A stretch of DNA of 64,000 bases from contig OZ251518.1 in assembly GCA_965242965.1 (NCBI GenBank), positions 2,304,001-2,368,000 of the forward strand. Direction: 5' to 3'. The translations under genes were made by a program, and so were the position numbers. This DNA is from Candidatus Poribacteria bacterium (lineage in GTDB: Bacteria > Poribacteria > WGA-4E > WGA-3G). Each line of letters opens with the position of its first letter. The stretch's first letter is position 1. Below are positions 20,374-29,982 of this stretch, piece by piece. Below the pieces are notes generated by a model. That model was given only the letters and a program-made list of their open reading frames with translations, was not told the origin of the DNA and ran no database searches.

Positions 20374-21828
20374 CAACCTGCAGGTGATGTCAGAACGCGA
20401 CTCGGAGAGGGTTGATATTATTTGTACCGACCCCCCCCCTTCAACAGTTCGCAAAATTATAACATTTTCCTGCCGGGCTCACAAGCGCAAGTCACGGCGT
20501 TTAAGGACATCTGGACATGGAACGATGCCGCCATTGAAGCACGCGATTATGTCCGAAACGAGGCTGAGCGTCACGGGCGTTATCCAGCGGCATACCAGAA
20601 TCTGGATCGGTGCCTTCAGGGCTACGATCTGGTGCTTGACAATGCCGCCACCGGATGGCAAGGCGCAATCCGGTCTTACATGGCGTTCATGGGCCCGCGA
20701 ATAGTTGAGATGCATCGGCTGCTCAAGCCCACGGGTAGCATTTATCTGCACTGCGATCAGACAATGAGCCATTACCTGAAGGTAATGATGGACGCGGTTT
20801 TCCAGCAGGAGAACTTCCAGAACGAAATCATCTGGTCCTATCGCCGCTGGTCCGGTAAGTCCAAGCGTTACCAACGAATGCACGATTGCCTTCTGTTCTA
20901 TACAAAAAGTTCTGACTATACTTGGAACGAACCGATGGAGCCGAAGGCAGAGTCAACTCCTAAGTATCGGCAATACAAGGTAATTGATGCTGAAACAGGT
21001 CAGATGCAGAACAGAATTGATACCTCAACGGTTATAGACACAACCCGAATGCGAGACGTTTGGGAATTGTCCCGCATGGGGCCTGCATCAAAGGAGCGTT
21101 TGGGATTTCCGACGCAGAAGCCGCGAAAATTATATGAGCGAATGCTTCATGCATCGTCAAACGAAGGCGATATCGTGCTCGATCCGTTCTGCGGCTGTGG
21201 CACGACGTTGGATGCCGCGGAGTCCCTCAATCGGCAATGGCTCGGTATTGACATTACGATCTTCGCGCTTGAACCGGTTCAGCGTCGGCTATTCAAAGAG
21301 CATCAGCTGCGCCCCGGTCGCGACTACGAGATTTTCGGCTATCCCACGAACCTTCAAGAGGCTAAGAAATTAGCGCGGGACCACAAACGTCCTCACGACT
21401 TTGAGCGGTGGGCGGTAACCCGATTAGGGCTTGAACCTACGCCTGCGAGTGGTGATAGAGGTATTGATGGGATTCTCCCGACTCTGAAATGGGATGCTCG
21501 GAAAATGGAGCAGGATAGGGTGAACGTTGTCGCTCAGGTGAAGTCAAACGGCTACTCGGTTTCTGCTATCCGCGATTTTCGCACGGCGATGCGAGACGCT
21601 GATGCTGCTATCGGTGTATTCATCGCGCTTGATGGCGGCAACCCTACACCCCGGATGCGAGAGCAGCAGGAGGCGGAGGGAACGATCGAGCACAACGGCA
21701 AACAGTATTATCGCCTGCAATTCTGGTCGGTCGGCGACGAATACTTCAACAATCCGGAGTCTGTCAATCGGAGTGTGCAACTACCGTGGCGGATTGAGCC
21801 AACGTATAAGTTGGACCAGGATTTCTAA
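20351..21828 (+). pseudogene. N4/N6 DNA methyltransferase-Mrr-like nuclease fusion, frameshifted in a C9 tract
   Basis: GTG 20351 KRIYFGDNL...CTDPP, frame break at C9 (20431-20439), continues FNS...FPTQKP...DPFCGCGTT; C-terminal GDRGIDG...AQVKS. Confidence 0.85.
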
Positions 21829-21957
21829 TGCCTATTACTGTTTTCACCTCATGCGAGCCCGAGCAACCGAGGTAAATTCGGCATCAAACGTGATGCGCGG
21901 ATTATAGGCATCTGTCCTTACGATAACATCGAAAACCGAAAAGGAGAACAGAAAAAT

Positions 21958-22758
21958 ATGCATCCACTCGTTGATTTGAAAGTGCCAAACGATGCTGTCG
22001 CCGTTCACTGGTTTGAACAGAGCAGCTTCGCTTTGAAGAATTCAGCTGGCGAGATTATCCAGATCGACCCTTATTTTCCACGGGAACGCCCCGCGGACCG
22101 GTTTATTCATACGACATCACCGCTCGATGAAGCGGACCTGCCGACAGACTACGTGGTGTTAACGCACGCGCACGGGGACCACACTTGTTCCGAGTCTATT
22201 CGGCGCATCTGGGAGACCTCTTCGGCGACGCGGTTTATTGGCCCCGAAGAGAGTGCTAACCAGATTTTGACAGAGACCGATGTCGATGCAGATAAGGTTT
22301 CCACAATCTACGCGGGGCACTCCATCACGATAAGCAGCCACCTCACGGTTCATGCCGTTTATGCGAAGCCGCCTGCAGGCGATATCGATGTCGGCATTGC
22401 GCCGCCCGATGTGACGCACTTGGGATACGTCATCACAACCGAGGGCGCGAGGCTCTACTTCAGCGGCGATCCGATTAACACCTTCGCGGAACACGACAAA
22501 CTGATTGCGGCAGTGGCGGCGTATAAACCGGATATCGGTTTCCTGACGAACCATCCGACGGAAGGTGAATTTCCGTTTTACGACGGTTGCGTCAAAATGG
22601 CGACGCGCATTGGGTTGAAGCATGCCGTGCCGGCGCATCGCGCCTGTTTCGTCACCCGTGATTACGATGCGAAAGAATGGGCGGCGCAATTTCCGCATGA
22701 TGGCCCGAAGCCGCTGATTATTCCGCGGAATTCACATATTCTTTATTCTCATTGGTAG
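21958..22758 (+). CDS. MBL-fold metallo-hydrolase (UlaG-like)
   Basis: THAHGDH, YFSGD, PAH motifs; AAGGAG SD. Confidence 0.85.
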   Translation: MHPLVDLKVPNDAVAVHWFEQSSFALKNSAGEIIQIDPYFPRERPADRFIHTTSPLDEADLPTDYVVLTHAHGDHTCSESIRRIWETSSATRFIGPEESANQILTETDVDADKVSTIYAGHSITISSHLTVHAVYAKPPAGDIDVGIAPPDVTHLGYVITTEGARLYFSGDPINTFAEHDKLIAAVAAYKPDIGFLTNHPTEGEFPFYDGCVKMATRIGLKHAVPAHRACFVTRDYDAKEWAAQFPHDGPKPLIIPRNSHILYSHW

Positions 22759-22794
22759 TCGCGCTTTCCAAGCGCGACTACCGGCACCGAAGAA

Positions 22795-23175
22795 CCGTAG
22801 GGCGAGGGCCTGTCCCTCGCCATGCCTGGGATTACCGAACGATCGCGGGGGACAGGCCCCCGCACTACGATGAAAGAGGCCGCCCGCGTTACCGTAGGGC
22901 TTGGGCCCTCGCATGCCACACGCGCATGCGAGCGGGTTCCCTTCGCCATGCAACGATCGCGGGGGACAGGCCCCCGCGCTACGATGAAAGAGGCCGCCCG
23001 CGTTACCGTAGGGCTTGGGCCCTCGCATGCCACACGCGCATGCGAGCGGGTTCCCCTCGCCATGCTGCGATCGCGGGGGACAGGCCCCCGCGCTACGATG
23101 AAACGGAATATCGCAGGGGACAGGCCCCCGCACTACGGGAAAACGGAAAATCGCGAGGGCCTGTCCCTCGCCAAA
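22795..23175. repeat. REP cluster with 114-bp tandem units
   Basis: GATCGCGGGGGACAGGCCCCCGC at 22841, 22955, 23069 (period 114). Confidence 0.85.
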
Positions 23176-23239
23176 CCCACATTGTAAGGACGGATATCTA
23201 TCCGCCCGATAACCTAAAAACTGAGGATTAACGACAGAC

Positions 23240-23758
23240 ATGCAAAATCAAACTCCCCTCGTTGGCATCGTCATGGGAAGCGATTCCGACCTGGACAGAA
23301 TGGCAGAAGCCGCAAAAGTGTTAGAAGAATTTGAGATCCCGTTCGAGATAACCGTCTCCTCGGCGCATCGTTCGCCGGAACGGACGCTCGCGTGGACAGA
23401 GAAGATTAAGGCTAACGGCGGACAGGTAATCATCGCTGGCGCAGGCCGCGCGGCGCATCTCGCCGGTGTCATCGCCGCGCATACAACGCTTCCAGTCATC
23501 GGTGTGCCGATTGACGGCGGACCGCTCAACGGCGTTGACGCGCTCTATGCCACCGTGCAAATGCCGCCCGGTATCCCTGTCGGCACAATGGCGATAGGTT
23601 CCGGCGGCGCGCGGAACGCGGGCTTGTTCGCTGTGCAGATATTAGCACGCAAATTCCCCGAACTTGACGAGAAACTCCTCGCCTATAAAGCGAAGTTGCG
23701 CGACGGTGTCGCAGAAAAAGCGGCGCGGTTGGAAGAGGTGGGGTATCAAAACTACTAA
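23240..23758 (+). CDS. purE: N5-carboxyaminoimidazole ribonucleotide mutase
   Basis: MGSDSD, SAHRSP, AGRAAHLAG, VQMPPGIPV. Confidence 0.95.
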   Translation: MQNQTPLVGIVMGSDSDLDRMAEAAKVLEEFEIPFEITVSSAHRSPERTLAWTEKIKANGGQVIIAGAGRAAHLAGVIAAHTTLPVIGVPIDGGPLNGVDALYATVQMPPGIPVGTMAIGSGGARNAGLFAVQILARKFPELDEKLLAYKAKLRDGVAEKAARLEEVGYQNY

Positions 23759-23764
23759 GCCATC

Positions 23765-24490
23765 ATGAAAACCACCCAACACCCCCGCAACGATGAGGCA
23801 CAGCGAGGGACAGGCTCTCGTCCTGCGGTTGAAGGGCGGAGCACCGAACTGTTCGATCTGATGGAAACGTCGCTCTACACCGCTGTGATTTCGGATGCCC
23901 TCGATGCAGCCGGATATCGCCAGCAGGTGCTGCGTCATAACGTCAGACCGTTGTATCCGGCGGCGATTGTCGCCGGGCGCGCGCTGACGGTGCAGTGCGT
24001 TGATGTCTACGAAATCCCGGATGAACCCTATCAGATGGAGATTGCGGCGGTGGATAGCCTCAAGCCAAACGATGTGTTCGTCTGTGCCACCGATGCCTCT
24101 GTTCGCAATTGCATCTGGGGTGAACTACTTTCAACGGCGGCACGGGCGCGCGGCGCGCGCGGTGCCGTTATTGACGGGTTCATCCGAGATGCGCGACAGA
24201 TTATGGCGATGCAGTTTCCTGTGTTTATGACAGGGCTCTCGCCTGTTGATTCCAACGGGCGCGGCGAGGTGATTGCGTATAATACGCCAATCGAGTGCGG
24301 TGGCGTGCCGGTCTTCCCTGGCGACATCGTCTTCGGTGATATTGACGGCGTGGTTGTGATTCCGCAAGCAGTTGAGACTGAGGTTATCAGTGCCGCGCTG
24401 GAGAAGGTTAGCGGTGAAAACCGCACGCGCGATGCCCTCCGCAGCGGCGCAACCTTACGGGAAGTTTATGATAAATACGGAATTTTATAG
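23765..24490 (+). CDS. RraA / HMG-aldolase family protein
   Basis: ISDALD, WGELLS, DGFIRD, PGDIVFGDIDGVV; start uncertain. Confidence 0.85.
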   Translation: MKTTQHPRNDEAQRGTGSRPAVEGRSTELFDLMETSLYTAVISDALDAAGYRQQVLRHNVRPLYPAAIVAGRALTVQCVDVYEIPDEPYQMEIAAVDSLKPNDVFVCATDASVRNCIWGELLSTAARARGARGAVIDGFIRDARQIMAMQFPVFMTGLSPVDSNGRGEVIAYNTPIECGGVPVFPGDIVFGDIDGVVVIPQAVETEVISAALEKVSGENRTRDALRSGATLREVYDKYGIL

Positions 24491-24503
24491 TGGAGGAAAA
24501 CCG

Positions 24504-24833
24504 ATGATTTACGAATTGCGCACCTATCAGGTGGTGCCCGGCAAAATGCAAAACCTGAACGACCGGTTTGCGAACATCACGATGCCTTTGTTTGAAAAAC
24601 ACGGCATGAAAGTGATCGGATTTTGGGAAACCGCCATCGGCGAGGCGACGACAACGGAACTCGTCTATCTCCTTGCGTTTGAGGATTTAGGACATTATCA
24701 ACGCGCGTGGGATGCCTTCATCGCCGATCCGGAATGGCAGGCGGCGAAACGGCTGACAGAAGTCGGTGGCCCGCTGGTGAACGTGGCGGGAGCTAAGATT
24801 TTGGAGCCGACGGTGTATTCGCCGTTGCAGTAG
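24504..24833 (+). CDS. NIPSNAP family protein
   Basis: MIYELRTY...PGK, FIADPEW, YSPLQ; GGAGG SD. Confidence 0.85.
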   Translation: MIYELRTYQVVPGKMQNLNDRFANITMPLFEKHGMKVIGFWETAIGEATTTELVYLLAFEDLGHYQRAWDAFIADPEWQAAKRLTEVGGPLVNVAGAKILEPTVYSPLQ

Positions 24834-24902
24834 GAGCACGATCTTTTACAGGGCTCGCAGGCTCCCTGTCGCGAGGCTCGTTGAGTCCTAACCGTGGATG
24901 TT

Positions 24903-24937
24903 AAAAAAGAGGGGCTCGCCGTGTTGCGAGCCCTCTC
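24903..24937 (-). terminator. rho-independent terminator
   Basis: GAGAGGGCTCGC-loop-GCGAGCCCCTC followed by T6 on the minus strand. Confidence 0.65.
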
Positions 24938-24967
24938 GGAAATCGCAATCATGCATGCATTGACTCA

Positions 24968-25288
24968 TCAATTCAACGCCTTTGGACGTGCGTGTTTCCG
25001 TAAATAATCCACCAGCGTGTGAGCAGAGGCGGGGAGCGTTGCATCATCATAGGCAACAGAGACTTCCGAGTCTCCGTCCGCAATCGTAATGTTATATCGA
25101 TAGAGATCGCGGCTGGATTCCGAGAAACGCGTATCCGATGCGAAAATCCCACTGGCTTTCACCATCTGCTCAATTTCTTCTGGAGTGACTTCTGACAAGG
25201 TTTCTGCTAGCGTGGCGGAATCGGTGTCAAGTTCACACGCCTTGGGCAGGCCGAAAAATCCGCCTGACTGGATAAAACTGATTTTCAC
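24968..25288 (-). CDS. emfourin-like (protealysin/M4 protease inhibitor) protein
   Basis: GTG start with GGAGAGG SD; KISFIQSGGFFGL, DLYRYNITI, D..LP..LV pattern. Confidence 0.65.
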   Translation of the reverse strand: MKISFIQSGGFFGLPKACELDTDSATLAETLSEVTPEEIEQMVKASGIFASDTRFSESSRDLYRYNITIADGDSEVSVAYDDATLPASAHTLVDYLRKHARPKALN

Positions 25289-25330
25289 GAGAGAACCTCT
25301 CCAAAGAAATTGCGCGTTAGCCAACTATCT

Positions 25331-26029
25331 CAGGGGGTTTCATAAATCTGTGTAGGAGAGCCCTCCCGTTCTCAATACGAGCGATGCTCCCGTAGGAGAG
25401 ACCTCCCGGTCTCGATGCAATATGGCAGCGCGCCTACCGGGGCCGCGGCGGCAGAAAGCCCCTTCATCGTAGGGCGGTGGGAAAACCTGTCCCTCGCCAG
25501 TGTTCGCGCGCCAGGCCCTATAGGTCAGGCTCGCCTGATCCTGACCTGTTTGTGATCAGGCGAGCACAAACTACAGCGGGGGAAACACACATCGTGACGA
25601 TGGAGATCGCGGGGGAAACCCGCTCGGATGCGCGGATGGCATCCGAGGGCCCCCGCGCTACGATAAAAAACGGCGTGCGTTACCGTAAGGCGAGGGCCTG
25701 TCCCTCGCCATCGCTCGCGCAGCGAAAAAACGTCTCTTGTGCTCTTCAGGTCTGTAAGACCTGAATGTCTATAGCACGCGCACCCGCGATGAACGCTAAG
25801 GTCTGTAGGACCTTAATAGTTTTTGCCAGGGCCGCGCGTGTTTTTTATTAAGGACCTAAAGGACCTTGAAAAGGGACCGGCACGTTTTTCTATAGACATG
25901 TAGGTCCTACGGACCTAAAACGCCACCGCTTGACGATGGAGATCGCGGGGGACAGGCCCCGCGCTACGGGAACATCGAGACCAGGAGGTCTCTCCTACGG
26001 GTGTGCATCGAAATACGACCCTCCCCCTC
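25331..26029. mobile_element. MITE-like composite element F
   Basis: CAGGGGGTTTCATAAAT...CCCCTC; exact 8-bp flanking repeat AACTATCT at 25323-25330 and 26030-26037. Confidence 0.8.
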
Positions 26030-26137
26030 AACTATCTGGCTAACATTTATTATACACAATTTTTTCCACAAAAAACAACATTAACATTTTCCATAGGGCG
26101 AGGCACAAGGTCTCGTTCAACAGCAACCGAAGAATGC

Positions 26138-28915
26138 CTACTTCCGAATCAGCATCTTCCTCGTCGCAGCGAAATCACCCGCGGTAAGGGTATAGAAATA
26201 GACACCGCTTGCCACAGGCTCATTCTGTTCGTTCCTACCATCCCAATACGCCGCACGGGCTTTGTCCTGATACACACCTGCGGGCAATTCCCCTAAATGC
26301 AGCGTGCGCACCAATTTTCCATCCGCTGCGTGGATGGAGACCATGGTTTTCGCCGGTTTTGCCAACTGATAGGGTATCCAGGTCTCCGGGTTAAACGGAT
26401 TCGGATAGTTGGGTAACAGTGCTGTCGCTCTCGGCATCAACGCTGCCATGAGGTGTTGGAGATAGAGGATGCCTTGTTGATAGTTTGGATCAGCGATGCC
26501 TGCTTTCACTCCTTGCGTCAGCCACTGCTGCACGTCTGCGGCGGAGAGTCCCTCCAAAGTTGCTGGCTGTTCTGGATGTAATGTAGGCGCGGCAGCCGCA
26601 TTCCCTATCTCATTGGCAGCTAAGACCAGGTCGACAATATCGACAATGTTATCCTCATTAATATCCGCCTCATTCTCGCCAGTTTCCCCAAAACGCGAGG
26701 CTATCAACACCAAATCCTGGATATTCAAGATGCCATCGCGATTTGCATCTCCCAGAATCTGGTCCGGTTCAACTGGAGTTATCTGTGCATTTTCAAGGCG
26801 CGGTGCGGACTTTTCCCCATCCGGTGCCACAAGGGATACCTGAGATAACGTCAGCATTGATGCTTTCACCTCAAGGACTTCAAACGTAACACTTGCAAGT
26901 TCTCCACTACCACTACGGGATTCAGCAAGCGCAGTGGCCGCCAGCGTGACACGGTTTCCATCCACGCTTAGCGGGATATGGAACGAACCCGCTGGTAGAT
27001 ATGCACCATAATTACCGCTAACATAGCGGAGTGCTGTCGTATCAAAAATCAGGTTTGCCTGATAGCCCGCGACGTTCTCTCCATCAACAATACCGAGAGT
27101 CACTGTGAGTTCTTCCCCCACGGCGGGTGACTGCACGACAGCAGGCATGACACGCACGACAGTGTCGGTTGAAGTTGACTCCGTTGGAGTGGGCTCACTT
27201 GAAATCAAGACTGTTGAATCGGAAACAGCCCACACAAACACCTGATTATCCCAACTGGAACTCGCGAGTTGCGTGCCATCATTATTGAAGACAAGATATT
27301 CCGTAATGCCGTCTTCAGGCCATGTGAACGTTTTGAGTAATTCTCCAGAGACTACATGCCAGAGCCGCACTTCACCATAACTGCCACTTGCCAGCAATGT
27401 CCCATCGGGACTGAAGGCAAGGCTGCCAAGGGAGGTGTGCGCCATGAAAGTTTTCACTTGGGTAAGCGAGGCTATATCCCAAATGTTAACCGTACCATCC
27501 GTACGCCCATAAGCGACGAGGTTGCCGTGGGGATCGAGTGCCTCACTCCAGACGCTGTATCCCCCTTCATGGAAAGTGTGTAATTGTTTTGACACCGTAT
27601 CGTAAAGAAGGCCTCTTTGTCCAAAATTCCCGTTGCCATGCGCGGCGATTTTCGTGCTATCATGCCCGAAGGTGAAAGCATGGATGGTATCGTCTGGAAA
27701 CCTGACAATCTCTGGCGGTTCACTAAACGTAATATCGGAGAGGTAGATTTGGTTTCCATGGGCACTCGCGAGTATGTTACCAGGCCCAAAATCACAGGCT
27801 TCAAAACCGCCCCATATCCTGGGTAGCGAAAGGTCGCGGAGCCGATCTCCAGAATCGACATCCCAGAGATAAACTTCTACGCCACTCATGGTTGCCAGCG
27901 TCCTACCGTCTTCGCTGAAGGACACTCCACCTACGGCACCGTCGTGGCCTTCCAAAGTTTTTTGCAGCGTCCTTGAACTCGTATCCCAGAGATCCGTTTT
28001 TCCGAAATCACCAATGGCTAGCAGGTTCCTAACGGTTGGGCTGAAATCAATGCCAGCACGGCCCGCTTTGTTTTCAAAACGAGCGATAGCACCTTCGGGT
28101 AGTGACGGATCTTGCGCTAATTCGGTTGAAGTTAACTCCATTGGAGTGGGCTCACTAGCTGTCAAGAACCCAGCCATACCGACATCCATGCTCTCTTTCA
28201 CTTCGTCAGCAGAGAGTGCACGGTTCCAGAGACGCACCTCATCAACCAGACCCGGCCATGTCTCAATCCAACCCACACCCAGCCATGCCTCCCCAGACCA
28301 GGTGCCGATCTGGAGCTGGTTCGTCGTCCTCGCAGGCGCGACAGGATTGTTAGTCTCCACCGCGCCTGTCAATTCTCCATCAACGTAAATCTTCACCAAC
28401 CCGTTGTTGGCGGAGGTATGCGTATAGGCGAGATAATACCACTTGCCGGTATCCAATGCAGTTGCGTTATCAATGACATCCACGAACCCGCCGCCGGCAC
28501 CATTCGTCCAAACCTTCAGGCGGTTGGCGGGGTCCATGCCGAAGCCGAAGCCGATGTGTCTGCCAACGCCGCCCGAGCGGGTGCCGAAGATAATCGCGTG
28601 CGCACTCGGTAACCGCGTGAGATTCACCCACGCCGCCTGCGTGATGGCATCTTCGATGTGAAACGCCGCGTCATCTTCAACCGCGACGAAATCCGCAGGA
28701 GCAGCGAATTCAAGTGCATTCCCGAATTTGCCATCTACCCACTTCGCATTACCGTTGATCTCCCCGGTGAACCCGTTTTCCGAGAAGTCTTCGGTACTCG
28801 TCCCCGTGCCTTCGTCAAGGGGCATGTAAAGCACGAGCCCATCCATCAAATCCGCGGCCGCATAAGTGCAGCAGGCCACGGCAAAAATTAGCGTCAGCAA
28901 CAAATATTTCATCAA
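26138..28915 (-). CDS. secreted multidomain protein: LamG + WD40 + cohesin-like + dockerin-like + FlgD-Ig/T9SS-like C-terminal domain
   Basis: Signal peptide; GKFGNALEF / DEVRLWNRALS (LamG); LAFSPDGTLLASGS (WD40); DANRDGILNIQDL / DINEDNIVDIVDL; PNYPNPFNPETWIPY...WDGRNE...SGVYFY. Confidence 0.85.
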   Translation of the reverse strand: MMKYLLLTLIFAVACCTYAAADLMDGLVLYMPLDEGTGTSTEDFSENGFTGEINGNAKWVDGKFGNALEFAAPADFVAVEDDAAFHIEDAITQAAWVNLTRLPSAHAIIFGTRSGGVGRHIGFGFGMDPANRLKVWTNGAGGGFVDVIDNATALDTGKWYYLAYTHTSANNGLVKIYVDGELTGAVETNNPVAPARTTNQLQIGTWSGEAWLGVGWIETWPGLVDEVRLWNRALSADEVKESMDVGMAGFLTASEPTPMELTSTELAQDPSLPEGAIARFENKAGRAGIDFSPTVRNLLAIGDFGKTDLWDTSSRTLQKTLEGHDGAVGGVSFSEDGRTLATMSGVEVYLWDVDSGDRLRDLSLPRIWGGFEACDFGPGNILASAHGNQIYLSDITFSEPPEIVRFPDDTIHAFTFGHDSTKIAAHGNGNFGQRGLLYDTVSKQLHTFHEGGYSVWSEALDPHGNLVAYGRTDGTVNIWDIASLTQVKTFMAHTSLGSLAFSPDGTLLASGSYGEVRLWHVVSGELLKTFTWPEDGITEYLVFNNDGTQLASSSWDNQVFVWAVSDSTVLISSEPTPTESTSTDTVVRVMPAVVQSPAVGEELTVTLGIVDGENVAGYQANLIFDTTALRYVSGNYGAYLPAGSFHIPLSVDGNRVTLAATALAESRSGSGELASVTFEVLEVKASMLTLSQVSLVAPDGEKSAPRLENAQITPVEPDQILGDANRDGILNIQDLVLIASRFGETGENEADINEDNIVDIVDLVLAANEIGNAAAAPTLHPEQPATLEGLSAADVQQWLTQGVKAGIADPNYQQGILYLQHLMAALMPRATALLPNYPNPFNPETWIPYQLAKPAKTMVSIHAADGKLVRTLHLGELPAGVYQDKARAAYWDGRNEQNEPVASGVYFYTLTAGDFAATRKMLIRK

Positions 28916-29092
28916 TCATGTTTCTCCTATTGGAATTGTGATGGAAAGATGATAACAGAAACCGCGTAGGTTTGTCAAGTTTTTGTCATTTGAGATTTGA
29001 CAACTCAAATGACATACCGTCCCACTCTAAAGAGCCGTTCTTCTCCCTTGTGCTATGTTCGGCAGGGCTGCAGTGCCATCGCCATGAACTTC

Positions 29093-29310
29093 CTAATCTT
29101 GCTCATCTTGGAAATCCTGAAAATCCTGCTAATCTTGTAAATCCTGATTCAGACAAGTGGCATGGCGAGGGACAGGCCCGCGCTCTACGGTGAAAGGGGA
29201 TGTTCTTGAACTAAAAAACCCTCCCGTTACCGTAGCGCGGGGGCCTGTCCCCCGCGAACGTTCGGTAACCCGATACACGGCGAGGGACAAGCCCTCGCCC
29301 TACGGTAAAT
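29093..29310. repeat. AATCCTG tandem repeats followed by REP palindromes
   Basis: aatcttg/aatcctg x6; GGCGAGGGACAGGCCC and GTAGCGCGGGGGCCTGTCCCCCGCG units. Confidence 0.7.
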
Positions 29311-29462
29311 AGGCGATAGGCGCGCTCGCAACGCGCAACTACCGCGATGGATAACGAAAATTCCGAGAAAAGGTTAACTTTAGGTTGACATCCGAGTTGT
29401 TTTGTGGTATTCTATATAGAGGCATTCACTTACGATACAGCCTTAACACAAGAGGAGAAAAA

Positions 29463-29876
29463 ATGCGACACACAACTGAAATCAAACTCGCCAATCTAGC
29501 AGACCTGGTTTTGGCAAAGAGAGGTGTTATTAATCCCGAAGAAGTTCGGCGCGTCACCGTCACAGACGCACTGGTTGATACAGGAGCTTCTCGGTTATGC
29601 TTACCGAAACCGATTATCGAACTACTCGGACTGAGTCCTGTCGGAAGGGTGAACTCACTTACCGCTAATGGCAGCGTCACCCGCACTGTTTATGCCGAGG
29701 TCGAATTCACCATCTTGGAACGGACAGAATCCATTCGGGTGACAGATCTGCCCGCGAACGCGCCTGTTCTCGTCGGACACATCATTCTGGAAAAACTGGA
29801 TCTCCATCTTCACATCAAGAAGGGGTTAATCTATAATCCAGACCACGGTGATGAATGGATTGAGGAAGCATGGTAA
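29463..29876 (+). CDS. clan AA (retropepsin-like) aspartyl protease
   Basis: ALVDTGASRLCLP and LVGHIILE motifs; promoter TTGACA-17-TATTCT at 29385-29413; GAGGAG SD. Confidence 0.8.
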   Translation: MRHTTEIKLANLADLVLAKRGVINPEEVRRVTVTDALVDTGASRLCLPKPIIELLGLSPVGRVNSLTANGSVTRTVYAEVEFTILERTESIRVTDLPANAPVLVGHIILEKLDLHLHIKKGLIYNPDHGDEWIEEAW

Positions 29877-29982
29877 GCGGCATAGCGAGGGACAGGCCCA
29901 CGCCCTACGGGAATGAACAGAACAAGGCATGGCGAGGGACAGGCCCACGCCCTACGAAAATGGACAGAGCAAGGATTTGCTC

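Noticed and set aside
22732-23241. Several overlapping ORFs in repeat clusters (also 2695-3947, 25477-25764, 48208-48639, 51739-52056)
   Set aside because: Translations such as RGPVPR / RGTGPRPT are products of GC-rich palindromes, with no SD or domain signal.
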